From Flavobacteriaceae bacterium (GTDB lineage Bacteria > Bacteroidota > Bacteroidia > Flavobacteriales > Flavobacteriaceae), in contig PBJR01000008.1 of assembly GCA_002721175.1 (NCBI GenBank), forward strand, positions 108,685-172,684: a DNA stretch of 64,000 nt. Reading direction: 5' to 3'. The notes under the pieces were generated by a model. The model saw only the letters and a program-made list of their open reading frames with translations. It was not told the origin of the DNA and searched no databases. Numbering within the stretch: position 1 is the first letter of the stretch; every line of letters starts with the position of its first letter. Position numbers and translations under genes: made by a program. Shown here piece after piece: positions 21,390 through 30,737 of this stretch.

Positions 21390-21708
21390 TTTGAAAACTT
21401 ATTCATGAATGAAGTTTTATCTAAATCAATGACAATCTAAATAACCCTTCTTTTGTTGTTATTAGTCTTTCTAAAAAACTAATATTAAGTAGAAATAAAT
21501 TATACAGAAAAATTAAATTGATTACTGGTTAAACGGCGACTGAATATATTAAGAGAATAAGACTTAAAGATGGAAAAAACTATTAAAAAATACAGATTTA
21601 ACAATTAGTGAAATAAGCTATAAAGTAGGTTTTTTCTACCCATCTTATTTCACACAATATTTTAAAAATAAATATGGAGAAATTCCAAAATTAATCAGAC
21701 TCAAATAA
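21390..21708 (+). pseudogene. Degraded AraC-type helix-turn-helix regulator remnant, resembling the C-terminus of a hybrid two-component system or AraC-family regulator
   Basis: Manual translation: FENLFMNEVLSK [frameshift ~21424] INDNLNNPSFVVISLSKKLILSRNKLYRKIKLITG* (TAA 21530-21532) TATEYIKRIRLKDG [frameshift ~21577] KLLKNTDLTISEISYKVGFFYPSYFTQYFKNKYGEIPKLIRLK*. Matches the AraC pattern SRxxLYRKIK...IRL...LTISEIxYKVGF..PSYF...FK..YG..P. Confidence 0.88.
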
Positions 21709-21709
21709 G

Positions 21710-23638
21710 TTAGTCTTTAATAAATTTCTCAATTGAAAAATTTCCGTCAGAAAAATACAATTCAATGAAGTAAAAACCCGCAGAAAAATTTGACACGTTT
21801 ATATCGCGAAATTTATCAGATACCATTTTTAATTTTCCCTTAAAATCATATATTTTTACTTGATGAATTAATTTTTCAGATTTGATGTTTAATTGTGATG
21901 TGACAGGGTTGGGGTATAATTTGTTATTCAATAATGAATCATTATCAATTGTACTCAGCGATGTATCAATTACTTGAAAATCAAAAGAATCGAAAAAATA
22001 AGTCCCCTCAAATGCGCCTGTCATAACTTGCAACTGAACATTTGATGTATTTTCGGGCACGACATACTCAAATTGGTAATATTGGTATGAATTTGTTAAT
22101 TGGAAAACCTCAGACGGAACATACGTCGAATTACCACTAACTGTTGACTTAACCCTGAGTCTGAAAGACAGATTATTATTAATAGATTTCGCATAACAAC
22201 CAAAAATTAGAGTCTTGTCAGATAAATCCCCATTGTAAACCACATTACTCAAAATTACTTTATTGTAAACTTGCGATTGTGTCACATCAATCTGAGCAGC
22301 AATCGAGCCAGAATAAATTACACTAGAGGTTTCACTGATAGATGCCTGAGCAGATCCAAGAACAGAAAGATTCCATTGAGAATTGACACCACATTCAAAA
22401 TCCGGATTTCTTATAACTGTTTCTTCATATGGTCCGTAACAATTTGGCCATAGTCCGTCAGAGAGCAAAGCGAGCTTAACATCCTCTACCCAGACTCCTT
22501 GAAAAGAATTATTTGTGGAGGGATTGTCTGTTCGAAGGTGAATTGCTTTAGTTGATTTATTACCCGCGCACCAAGCAGAAAAAGAAAACCCCCTATTTAT
22601 TGCTTGCTCTGCTATGTATCGATGATATTCTACCCTATCATCATTCACAGGACCACCATATAAACCATAAGTGCCTGTATAATAGTTATATCCAGCTTGG
22701 TTATCAGCACCGAATTCACCTAGAGTTACTGGAATATTATTTAATTCTGACCAATTTTTAACGAAATCAAAATTTGAGCTTAAGGTTAATTTGTCTGCAT
22801 TTGTACCCCAATTAAAATTATTGTATTCCTGTCGTGAAGAGGCTGTAAAATTAAATGGTTGGTAATAATGAAATGATGCTATAAGATTATCGTCATGATT
22901 TAAAACCTCTTCACTTATGGATGTCGGTGCTTGGTATGATGTAGAAGTTCCGCCAGTTATTACAATTTTTCTTGTTAAATTATTGCCTCCAGTAGATCTA
23001 ATACCATCGATAATCATTAGATTAATGTAATCCATCTCCACATCGCTGACCTCAAAATAAGGTTCATTCACAACCTCAAAAATTAAAAGTTCCGGATGAT
23101 TAATAAATCTGTTAGCAATTTGAATCCAAATTGACTTGAATTTCATTAAATCAGCGTAACGCCTTGCAGAAGTTGGATTAGTAAAATTTGAACGGGAGCT
23201 ATTGAATGTTTCTAAAAATTCAGATTTCAAATCAGCACCATGAAAATCCAAAACAGTATACAAGCCTTGATTCAATGACCAATCAATCACGGTTTCTACT
23301 CGATCTAAATAATTAGAACTAACAATAAAATCTGCAACTGAACCATCATATTGATTTGAAGTATTTGCTAGTGAAGACCATACTGATGTATTTCCAGTTG
23401 TTCTTGAACCGTAAAAATCTACAGGTATTCTTACATTAGAAAATCCAGCTTCAGAAACATCAATAAAATATTGTTCATACACTGTTGGCGCCCAATTTCC
23501 CTCTACCGGCGCACTTAAAGTGTTGCCTAAATTAACACCTCGCCCCATAGCTTCAACAATCTCCCAATTTGTAGACTGAGAAGTTAAGACAAGTGTGCCT
23601 AAAAAATATACTATAAAGTAGTTTTTGATAGAAAACAT
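21710..23638 (-). CDS. Secreted GH5 glycoside hydrolase with CBM4/9-like module and T9SS CTD
   Basis: Motifs MGRGVNLGNTL.AP.EG.W, VRIPV, LDFH, FEVVNEP (acid/base), FHYYQPFNFT, LGEFG (nucleophile); NPDFE CBM; LYPNP CTD. Confidence 0.9.
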   Translation of the reverse strand: MFSIKNYFIVYFLGTLVLTSQSTNWEIVEAMGRGVNLGNTLSAPVEGNWAPTVYEQYFIDVSEAGFSNVRIPVDFYGSRTTGNTSVWSSLANTSNQYDGSVADFIVSSNYLDRVETVIDWSLNQGLYTVLDFHGADLKSEFLETFNSSRSNFTNPTSARRYADLMKFKSIWIQIANRFINHPELLIFEVVNEPYFEVSDVEMDYINLMIIDGIRSTGGNNLTRKIVITGGTSTSYQAPTSISEEVLNHDDNLIASFHYYQPFNFTASSRQEYNNFNWGTNADKLTLSSNFDFVKNWSELNNIPVTLGEFGADNQAGYNYYTGTYGLYGGPVNDDRVEYHRYIAEQAINRGFSFSAWCAGNKSTKAIHLRTDNPSTNNSFQGVWVEDVKLALLSDGLWPNCYGPYEETVIRNPDFECGVNSQWNLSVLGSAQASISETSSVIYSGSIAAQIDVTQSQVYNKVILSNVVYNGDLSDKTLIFGCYAKSINNNLSFRLRVKSTVSGNSTYVPSEVFQLTNSYQYYQFEYVVPENTSNVQLQVMTGAFEGTYFFDSFDFQVIDTSLSTIDNDSLLNNKLYPNPVTSQLNIKSEKLIHQVKIYDFKGKLKMVSDKFRDINVSNFSAGFYFIELYFSDGNFSIEKFIKD

Positions 23639-23644
23639 TAAAAT

Positions 23645-23670
23645 AAAAAGGGGCTGTATTGGCCCCTTTT
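23645..23670 (-). terminator. Intrinsic terminator after the small helical protein gene
   Basis: aaaaggggc-tgtattg-gcccctttt perfect 9-bp stem with flanking A/T tracts, about 15 nt past the stop at 23685. Confidence 0.8.
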
Positions 23671-23684
23671 ATAAATTTAAAAGG

Positions 23685-24023
23685 TTACTTTTTAAATGAC
23701 ATTTTCTCAAACTCAGTAATCTTATCAACTTGATCTTTTGTAAAGACAGTCATTAACTTTTTTCGTGTCTCTTTGAAAGCAGATCTGTAAATCTGCCTTT
23801 TCTCATCGTCAGTGAGATCTTTCCCTCGTATTTTTGAAGCATTTGTTGCATATTTGTTATACAATGTTTCTTTCAAAAAAACAACATCAGCATCAGAAAT
23901 ATCCATATTTGATGTTATTAAGGATACTGCATTTGCAGCTCGTTTTTCAGCAAATTTGTTTTCTTGAGCCTCTGCAAAAAGTGTGAATAGTAAAATTGTA
24001 CAAAATGTAATAATTTTTTTCAT
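23685..24023 (-). CDS. Small exported alpha-helical hypothetical protein (~112 aa)
   Basis: Likely start ATG 24023 (MKKIITFCTILLFTLFAEA-Q signal peptide); the track's 24092 start overlaps the upstream gene. Charged, helical-looking mature part. Confidence 0.75.
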   Translation of the reverse strand: MKKIITFCTILLFTLFAEAQENKFAEKRAANAVSLITSNMDISDADVVFLKETLYNKYATNASKIRGKDLTDDEKRQIYRSAFKETRKKLMTVFTKDQVDKITEFEKMSFKK

Positions 24024-24048
24024 TTGTTTAGTTTTTATTGTTAAAGAA

Positions 24049-25347
24049 TTATTTGATAATAAATTTACGTTTCTTTTGAGATCCGTCCACAAAATAAGCT
24101 TTCAAAATATACAAGCCAGGAGACAAATTTGAAACATTAATGCTCGATATGTTTTTTTGTTTATTATAAATATTTTGTCCAAGCATATCACTTATAGAAA
24201 CAGAACTAATTGAGTGAGAACTTTTTAAATAAATCACATCTCGTGTAGGATTAGGATAAATTTGAAAATTATCTAAAATATCAATATCAGATATTGAAAG
24301 TGGGTTTTCGGTAGAAAATAAAATTCTGTCAATGATTGCCACTCCTGATGATGTGATTGGAGATTCTCCTTCAACTGAGCTAGGTTCAATTATTTGGAAA
24401 GCAAAATTATTAATCACACCACTCCAATTTTCCAGCGCAGATAAATCAAAATTTACTTCTTGTGTGGAATCTGTGTTGGCTGCAATGTCTGCAGAAACAA
24501 ATTGATTGCCTCCTAGGGGTGATACAAATGTCATTCTTGATTTCGTTGAATTATTTTCTGATAAATAAACTGTTACATATTTATACAAATCAGCATCAAC
24601 CGAATACGCACCACTTTGAGTTAATTTTGGGTAGGGACTTGTTTCTGAAATATTAAGAATTAACTGCCCAGAAGACTGAGAAACAGAAACACCATTTTGA
24701 CCAATAAATCCTTCTGAGTCGTTATCAAATGTATAATCTATTCTTGGCTCGGAAGGAATATTTTCTAGAAATTCAATCTTGTGGATTGTTAATGATCCTG
24801 ATGAATTTAAAAACCCATTAGCAGGAGAAGCAGTAACCAATTGGATTTGAATGTGATCCATGTCAAGATCAGTCTCAGTTTCGGATGAGTGATTGTAATT
24901 AACCCAATCAACGTTCGTCAGATCAAAATAATAAACAGTCTGTGGATCAGTTGATGATGGAATATCAAAGCTAGTATATCTAGTATCACTACCGGCTTGA
25001 TTTGATGGGTCAGAACCATTAAGACCCTTGAAATGAAGAACTCTTAGCCTAGTTACTGTACCAGAAGTATTGTGTAAGCTGATTGCAAAAATCTTTAAAT
25101 TATCAGCATCAACATTTGCATTGTCATGTTTGATTTTTGGCTTACGACCATTGGTCCAACTTGTTTCTCCAGGGCCGTCCCAGCTAATTTCTAAACCTTC
25201 AGGTGTTATGCTTAGATTGGCATCTGTTATGCCACCGCCTCCTGAAACCCAACCTCCCATACTTTGATCATTTTGAAAATCATAGATTGTTTGAGCGGGG
25301 AGAGATAAAGTCATTAAAATTGTAAAAAAAGTGTAAATTTTTCTCAT
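24049..25347 (-). CDS. T9SS-secreted protein with two tandem homologous CBM-like beta-sandwich domains, no catalytic domain seen
   Basis: Signal peptide; internal duplication (YxFxND..G / PK / VDAD..K / DI...TD / FDL....W / SSG...I..I.F); CTD IYPNPT...GLYILK. Confidence 0.8.
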   Translation of the reverse strand: MRKIYTFFTILMTLSLPAQTIYDFQNDQSMGGWVSGGGGITDANLSITPEGLEISWDGPGETSWTNGRKPKIKHDNANVDADNLKIFAISLHNTSGTVTRLRVLHFKGLNGSDPSNQAGSDTRYTSFDIPSSTDPQTVYYFDLTNVDWVNYNHSSETETDLDMDHIQIQLVTASPANGFLNSSGSLTIHKIEFLENIPSEPRIDYTFDNDSEGFIGQNGVSVSQSSGQLILNISETSPYPKLTQSGAYSVDADLYKYVTVYLSENNSTKSRMTFVSPLGGNQFVSADIAANTDSTQEVNFDLSALENWSGVINNFAFQIIEPSSVEGESPITSSGVAIIDRILFSTENPLSISDIDILDNFQIYPNPTRDVIYLKSSHSISSVSISDMLGQNIYNKQKNISSINVSNLSPGLYILKAYFVDGSQKKRKFIIK

Positions 25348-25368
25348 ATTCTTTTATTTAACATTGAA

Positions 25369-25409
25369 TTTTTATAAATAACCCAATAAAGATAGCGAAA
25401 AAATAAAAA
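25369..25409 (-). promoter_or_regulatory. Putative promoter of the tandem-domain gene, copy 2 of the 41-bp duplication
   Basis: tttttataaataacccaataaagatagcgaaaaaataaaaa, identical to 21338-21378; -7-like TATCTTTA at 25387-25394 (minus), 40 nt above the ATG. Confidence 0.65.
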
Positions 25410-25417
25410 CTCATAAA

Positions 25418-27010
25418 TTATCGTGTGTTTAAATTTTCTTCATTATAAATTCTCTCCACAACCATATCAGTCATTTTGCGCATTTCATCAATAGACATAT
25501 CGTCTTTGTACTTAACTTGAAGTTTTTTTAACTTCTTTTTTAATTTCTTGATTATCCTTTCATAACTCAATTTACCATACAAATTATTCATTTCGTTAGG
25601 GTCATTTTCCAAGTCATAAAGTTCCCACTCGTCCATATTATAATAAAAATGAATCAGCTTATAACGATGGGTTCGTATTCCATAATGGGGTTGTACCTTA
25701 TGCCACTTTGGGTATTCATAATAATGGTAATAAACAGCATCTCTGCTCCTCTTTGAATTAGATTTAAGTAGTGGTAAAAAACTTTGGCCCTGCATTTCAA
25801 TCGGAATATCAATACTTGCTAAATCTAACAGGGTTGGGGCAAAATCAATATTCAAGATTAAATTTGAGTTCAAAGATTTTGGCTTTATCAGTTTCGGATA
25901 GCTAATTAAAAAAGGCATTCTAAATGACTCCTCATACATCCAACGCTTATCAAACCATCCGTGTTCACCTAAATAAAATCCCTGGTCAGAAGTATAAACA
26001 ACTATTGTATTGTCAGACATGTCATTTTCATCTAGGTAATCGAGCATCTGACCCACTGCTTTATCTACACCAGCGACACATCGTAAATAGTCTTTAATAT
26101 AACGCTGATATTTCCAGTTTTTTAAATCATCGCCTTGAAGTGTGTCATTGGGGGTCCAAAACTGACCTTGGTTTCCAAATGCGTAATATTCGTTTAATTC
26201 ATATTTGCTTAAGCCATCGGGTGGATCGATTTTTAAATCTCTACGGTTCATATGATTTTCAATTTCCATCCATTGCTCCTTAGCTGCTCTTCTTCCAGAA
26301 TAATTGTCGTTAAAGTTTTTGGGATGCGGTAAATCCCCTGTGGTAAACAAAGAATTGAATTCTGCATCAGGTTGCCATGGACGATGTGGAGCCTTAAACT
26401 GATACATTAGCATAAATGGTTTCTTTTTGTCTCTTTTATTTTCCAGCCAGTTAATAGCATCATGAGCAACTTGAGCTGTTGAATGCCTTTGGCGTTCAAC
26501 AATTGTATCTTTTCCGTTAACCAAGAAAACAGGGTTAAAATAAGTACCTTGCCCGCCCCAATTAATCATTACTTTGGAATAATCAAAACCAGTTGGTGTA
26601 GTACCTAAATGCCATTTACCAATGACAGCTGTCTCATAACCTGATGCTTGAAAAAGCTTGGGAAAAGTCATTTGAGTACCATCAAAATCACCTCCTTTTT
26701 CATTTTTAAAGAATCCATTCACATGGCTATATTTTCCAGTTAGGATTGAGGCTCTACTTGGTCCGCAAATAGAATTGGTGTTGAATGTACGAGTCATAAG
26801 CATTCCATTTTCCGCAATCCTATCGATATTAGGGGTAGGAGCTATTTTTGCCAACCATTCCTTGTAGGCACTCACAGCACTAACGGCATGGTCATCTGAC
26901 ATAATAAATACTATATTAGGGCGGTCTGATACTTTTTTTTCTACCTGAGATTGTACCCAAGGCTGAGCTATAAAAAGCAGCAATAACAATTTAAAATTAA
27001 TTTTTCTCAT
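25418..27010 (-). CDS. S1 sulfatase, Cys-type (S1_11/hexosamine-6-sulfatase-like)
   Basis: Motifs PNIVFIMSDDH, CGPSRASILTGKYSH, GKWHL, KAPHRPW, SDQGFYLGEHGWFDKRWMYEES, HYGIRT. Confidence 0.93.
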   Translation of the reverse strand: MRKINFKLLLLLFIAQPWVQSQVEKKVSDRPNIVFIMSDDHAVSAVSAYKEWLAKIAPTPNIDRIAENGMLMTRTFNTNSICGPSRASILTGKYSHVNGFFKNEKGGDFDGTQMTFPKLFQASGYETAVIGKWHLGTTPTGFDYSKVMINWGGQGTYFNPVFLVNGKDTIVERQRHSTAQVAHDAINWLENKRDKKKPFMLMYQFKAPHRPWQPDAEFNSLFTTGDLPHPKNFNDNYSGRRAAKEQWMEIENHMNRRDLKIDPPDGLSKYELNEYYAFGNQGQFWTPNDTLQGDDLKNWKYQRYIKDYLRCVAGVDKAVGQMLDYLDENDMSDNTIVVYTSDQGFYLGEHGWFDKRWMYEESFRMPFLISYPKLIKPKSLNSNLILNIDFAPTLLDLASIDIPIEMQGQSFLPLLKSNSKRSRDAVYYHYYEYPKWHKVQPHYGIRTHRYKLIHFYYNMDEWELYDLENDPNEMNNLYGKLSYERIIKKLKKKLKKLQVKYKDDMSIDEMRKMTDMVVERIYNEENLNTR

Positions 27011-27017
27011 ACTGATT

Positions 27018-28409
27018 CTAATTAAATGTTTTTTTAAATAATTTTAATTCTTGACTCAAACTCGCAATAATTTTTTGGTAGCGCTTATGAATAGCTAAAT
27101 TAGAGGTTTCGTCAGGATCAAGATTGTGATCATATAACATACGCTGAATTCGATTTGATTTCAAAGTCCATTGAGTATAAAAATAATTATTTTTAATATA
27201 CGTTTCCCCATTTTGCCAGCGTGCAAGCGCATTAGTCTTATATATTTTATCTGGATTTTTTATACTTGATGTTAATGAAATTCCATGTAAATGTTTTGGT
27301 TTTCGGCCCATTGTAAGGTCACACAGGGTTGGATATAAATCTACCAACTCAGCTATGGAATTTGTTTTTTTATTACTAGGTAAACCAGGAGCACTAATAA
27401 TCAATGGCACTTGTAATGCAACTTCAAAGTTACTATGCTTGGCCCACAGGCCATGATCAGATAAGCTCCAGCCATGGTCTCCAACCAAAATAATAATTGT
27501 ATTTTGACGAAACTCTAATTTATCTAAAGCATTTATAAGTTTACCTATCTGTGCATCAACATAACTGACACTAGCATAGTATCCATGTATAAGTGTCTTT
27601 GCTAAATCTTCGGGTACAGCACCCTCTTTAGGAATATCTTTATAGGCGCGTAGCTCTCCCCATTTATGGTTAGCAATTTTCGGGGCAGTTGATGGAAATG
27701 AAGCGTTTTTTGGTAAGGCAATTTTTGACCCATCATAAAGATCCCAATATTTTTTTGGAGCGGTGAAAGGCAAATGAGGCTTAACAAACCCTACTGCTAA
27801 GAAAAAGGGTTGTTTTGTTTTTTTAAGTTTTTTTAAATCTTCAATGGATTTTTGAGCGGTTTGGGCATCAAAATACACTGAGTCATTAACAACTAATTTT
27901 TCATATGCTGACGCAGGTTTTTTATTTGCATCTAGTTCCCTGTTTTTTGGATCTTGATAATTTCTCCAACTAATATCCTTTGGATACCATTCTTCATTCC
28001 AGGAAGTTATGTCATTCTTCAAATGAGTAATTTTATTATTACTAATAGTTATATAACCCCTTTCATTAAAATAATCCACCATGTGCTTTATATTGGGACC
28101 TGCCTCATTGATACTAGAATAATATCGCAAAAATCTACTTTTTGTGGGTCTAATTCCAGTTAGCATACTAGCTCTTGATGCACCACAAACAGGAACATTG
28201 CAATAGGCACGATTAAAAGTTATTCCTTGAGCTGCCAAGGCATCAATATTAGGACTTTTTATAAAATCTTTACCATAGAGGTTTAGTTCAGGCCGCAAAT
28301 CATCCACGATTATAAATAAAACATTTGGCAATGGCTGACTCTGCTGTGCAAATGATTGAACAACAGTGACTAAAGCGATAAAATATTTAAGTAATCTAAT
28401 CATTGACAT
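27018..28409 (-). CDS. S1 sulfatase, Cys-type (S1_7-like), paralog of 9691-11142
   Basis: Motifs PNVLFIIVDDLRP, CGASRASMLTG, NKITH, AVGFVKPHLPF, GDHG, WAKH. Confidence 0.93.
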   Translation of the reverse strand: MSMIRLLKYFIALVTVVQSFAQQSQPLPNVLFIIVDDLRPELNLYGKDFIKSPNIDALAAQGITFNRAYCNVPVCGASRASMLTGIRPTKSRFLRYYSSINEAGPNIKHMVDYFNERGYITISNNKITHLKNDITSWNEEWYPKDISWRNYQDPKNRELDANKKPASAYEKLVVNDSVYFDAQTAQKSIEDLKKLKKTKQPFFLAVGFVKPHLPFTAPKKYWDLYDGSKIALPKNASFPSTAPKIANHKWGELRAYKDIPKEGAVPEDLAKTLIHGYYASVSYVDAQIGKLINALDKLEFRQNTIIILVGDHGWSLSDHGLWAKHSNFEVALQVPLIISAPGLPSNKKTNSIAELVDLYPTLCDLTMGRKPKHLHGISLTSSIKNPDKIYKTNALARWQNGETYIKNNYFYTQWTLKSNRIQRMLYDHNLDPDETSNLAIHKRYQKIIASLSQELKLFKKTFN

Positions 28410-30735
28410 CCATGCGATTTTTTACTGTAAGTTTCGTTGATTTTAAATCTCTATCATCAGAAGAACTGCCAACCATAATTGTAAAATCGCCTGGCTCAAC
28501 ACAATATTTCATATTAATATCATAGAAAGCTAGTGTTGATTTATCAATATCAAAGAAAACTTCCTTTGTTTCACCTTTTTTCAAAAAAATACGTTTATAA
28601 CCTTTCAACTCTTTTACAGGCCGCGTAACACTGCTAACTTGATCTCTTATATACATTTGTACAACTTCATCGCCATCATAATTGCCTGTATTAGTGACCG
28701 AAACTGTAACCGAAACAATTTCATTTGAATTTATCATTGTTGAAGATAATTTTGGTTTGGAATACTCAAAATTTGTGAAACTTAAACCAAATCCAAAAGG
28801 ATAAAGTGGTTCAATCTTTTCAAAGGCATATTTATGAAAATATGCTGATGGTTTGTGATTATAAATCATTCTCAATTGTCCTACATCTCTGGCTATAGTG
28901 AGCGGGAGTTTACCACTAGGATTAACTTGGCCAAAAATAATTTCTGCGACTGCTTGTCCTCCTAGTGAACCAGGTCCCCAGGCTTCTACAATTGATGGGA
29001 TGTGATCGTGTAACCAAGGCTCAGAAATTGGTCTATGGTTGACAAGAACTATAATAATTGGCGTTCCAGTAGCTTCGATAGCCTTCACTAGGTCTAATTG
29101 TTTACCTGCTAAATCCAAGGCCGCACGCCCCATGTTTTCACCCGCAGTTTTATCTTTCCAGCGATAACGCATGGCATTATCTCCTACCACCAATACAACA
29201 TAGTCAACATCCTTAGCTTTATTAGCTGCTGCGGCAATGGTATTATCTTTTATTTTTCGAATGTTTTCACCCGAATCAAAAAATTCTAAATCATATCCAC
29301 ACTTACTACCAACTGTCTTGAGTCCCTCAAAAATTGTAATCACCTTTTCATCAGGCTGTGGAGAATGCCAGTCACCCAAAATAGTTTGGTTGTTGGCATT
29401 TGGACCAGTAACTAAAATTCGTTTATTGGATATTGTTTTTTCTAAAGGTAAAAGCCCTTCATTTTTTAATAATACTATACCCTTTCGAGCAGTTTCAAGA
29501 GCGACTTGCTGATGCTCTGGTGTAAAAACCTTATCAGGGATTGATTTAATATCAACGGTTCTATTTTCAAATAAACCAAGTTTAAATTTAGCAGTCAATA
29601 TTTTTTCACAGGCTTCATTTACCCTCTGTATCGGTAATTTTCCTTCTTCTACTAGCGCAACTACAGCCTCTGGAAATTTTGGACCGTGCATATGCATATC
29701 CATCCCAGCGCTTACTGCTAAATAAGAAGCTTCCTTGAGGCTATTGGCCACATGATGTAGTGTCTCAATTCGTTCAATATCCATCCAATCACTAACAAAG
29801 AATCCTTGAAAACCCCATTTATTTCTAAACAAATCAGTCATTAGCGAAGAATCCATGTGACAAGGTACCCCATTCAATTCATTATGTGCAGCCATTATAG
29901 AATATACACCTTCGTCTATAGCCTTTTTGTAAGGCTTTAAATGAACCTCTTTCAAAGTTCTGATTGATACATCCATTGGGGAAGCATTTAGCCCATTGAT
30001 AGGTTCACCACCTGCTATCATGTGTTTAGCACAGGCTATAACCTTTTGGTTTCCAGTGAAATCATTTTGTTGAAGCCCTCTTATCATCGCAGCTCCTAAA
30101 TTTCCAACCAAAAAGTGATCCTCACCGAAGGTCTCTCCCACCCGACCCCAACGCGGATCCCTTAAAACATCAATATTAGGAGTAAAGGTCCATTGAGATC
30201 CAGTTGCTCGCATTTCACGTGCTGTTTGAATGCCAATTGTTTCTAAATATGAGTCTGACCATGTTGATGCAAGTGTAATTGGAGAAGGATATACCGTAGT
30301 TCCTGAAACTAAAGCATTTCCATGGATTGCATCAATTCCTATGAGCAATGGAATTTTCAATCTAGATTCAGCAGCAAGATTTTGAAGCAAATTTGACTCC
30401 CTGTCTGTAACAACATGTAAAAAAGATCCTATCTCGCCTCTTCTTGTCATCTCAGCAACGTCCTCGCTAAATAAACCCTTGTAAAATCCTTGTGCATCAT
30501 TTGAATGTAATTCCTCCTCAGTTAGGTCTTTTTCGGCTTTCCTCATGTGATCTAATCCAACAAATTGATTCATTTGATATACCTTTTCCTCAAGGCTCAT
30601 CCTATTCATCAAATCTTTAACTCTATCCTCAACAGATTGATTGGGATCCAAATAAATAATAGTTTCTTGCTGACCATTTACCATGTAGATGGGAATGATA
30701 ATTAAAAAAAGAAATTTAAATTTTATTGTATTCAT
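28396..30735 (-). CDS. GH3 beta-glycosidase (beta-xylosidase/glucosidase, BglX-like) with C-terminal Fn3-like domain
   Basis: Motifs SRLKIPLLIGIDAIHG, RDPRWGRVGETFGED, ACAKH, FVSDW (nucleophile), NPSGKLP, YPFGFGLS, RPVKELKG. Confidence 0.95.
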   Translation of the reverse strand: MNTIKFKFLFLIIIPIYMVNGQQETIIYLDPNQSVEDRVKDLMNRMSLEEKVYQMNQFVGLDHMRKAEKDLTEEELHSNDAQGFYKGLFSEDVAEMTRRGEIGSFLHVVTDRESNLLQNLAAESRLKIPLLIGIDAIHGNALVSGTTVYPSPITLASTWSDSYLETIGIQTAREMRATGSQWTFTPNIDVLRDPRWGRVGETFGEDHFLVGNLGAAMIRGLQQNDFTGNQKVIACAKHMIAGGEPINGLNASPMDVSIRTLKEVHLKPYKKAIDEGVYSIMAAHNELNGVPCHMDSSLMTDLFRNKWGFQGFFVSDWMDIERIETLHHVANSLKEASYLAVSAGMDMHMHGPKFPEAVVALVEEGKLPIQRVNEACEKILTAKFKLGLFENRTVDIKSIPDKVFTPEHQQVALETARKGIVLLKNEGLLPLEKTISNKRILVTGPNANNQTILGDWHSPQPDEKVITIFEGLKTVGSKCGYDLEFFDSGENIRKIKDNTIAAAANKAKDVDYVVLVVGDNAMRYRWKDKTAGENMGRAALDLAGKQLDLVKAIEATGTPIIIVLVNHRPISEPWLHDHIPSIVEAWGPGSLGGQAVAEIIFGQVNPSGKLPLTIARDVGQLRMIYNHKPSAYFHKYAFEKIEPLYPFGFGLSFTNFEYSKPKLSSTMINSNEIVSVTVSVTNTGNYDGDEVVQMYIRDQVSSVTRPVKELKGYKRIFLKKGETKEVFFDIDKSTLAFYDINMKYCVEPGDFTIMVGSSSDDRDLKSTKLTVKNRMDVND

Positions 30736-30737
30736 TG

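Noticed and set aside
21338-25409. The 41-bp direct repeats as att sites of a mobile element
   Set aside because: No integrase or transposase between or near them, and the repeat carries promoter-like elements positioned upstream of genes; kept as a promoter duplication.
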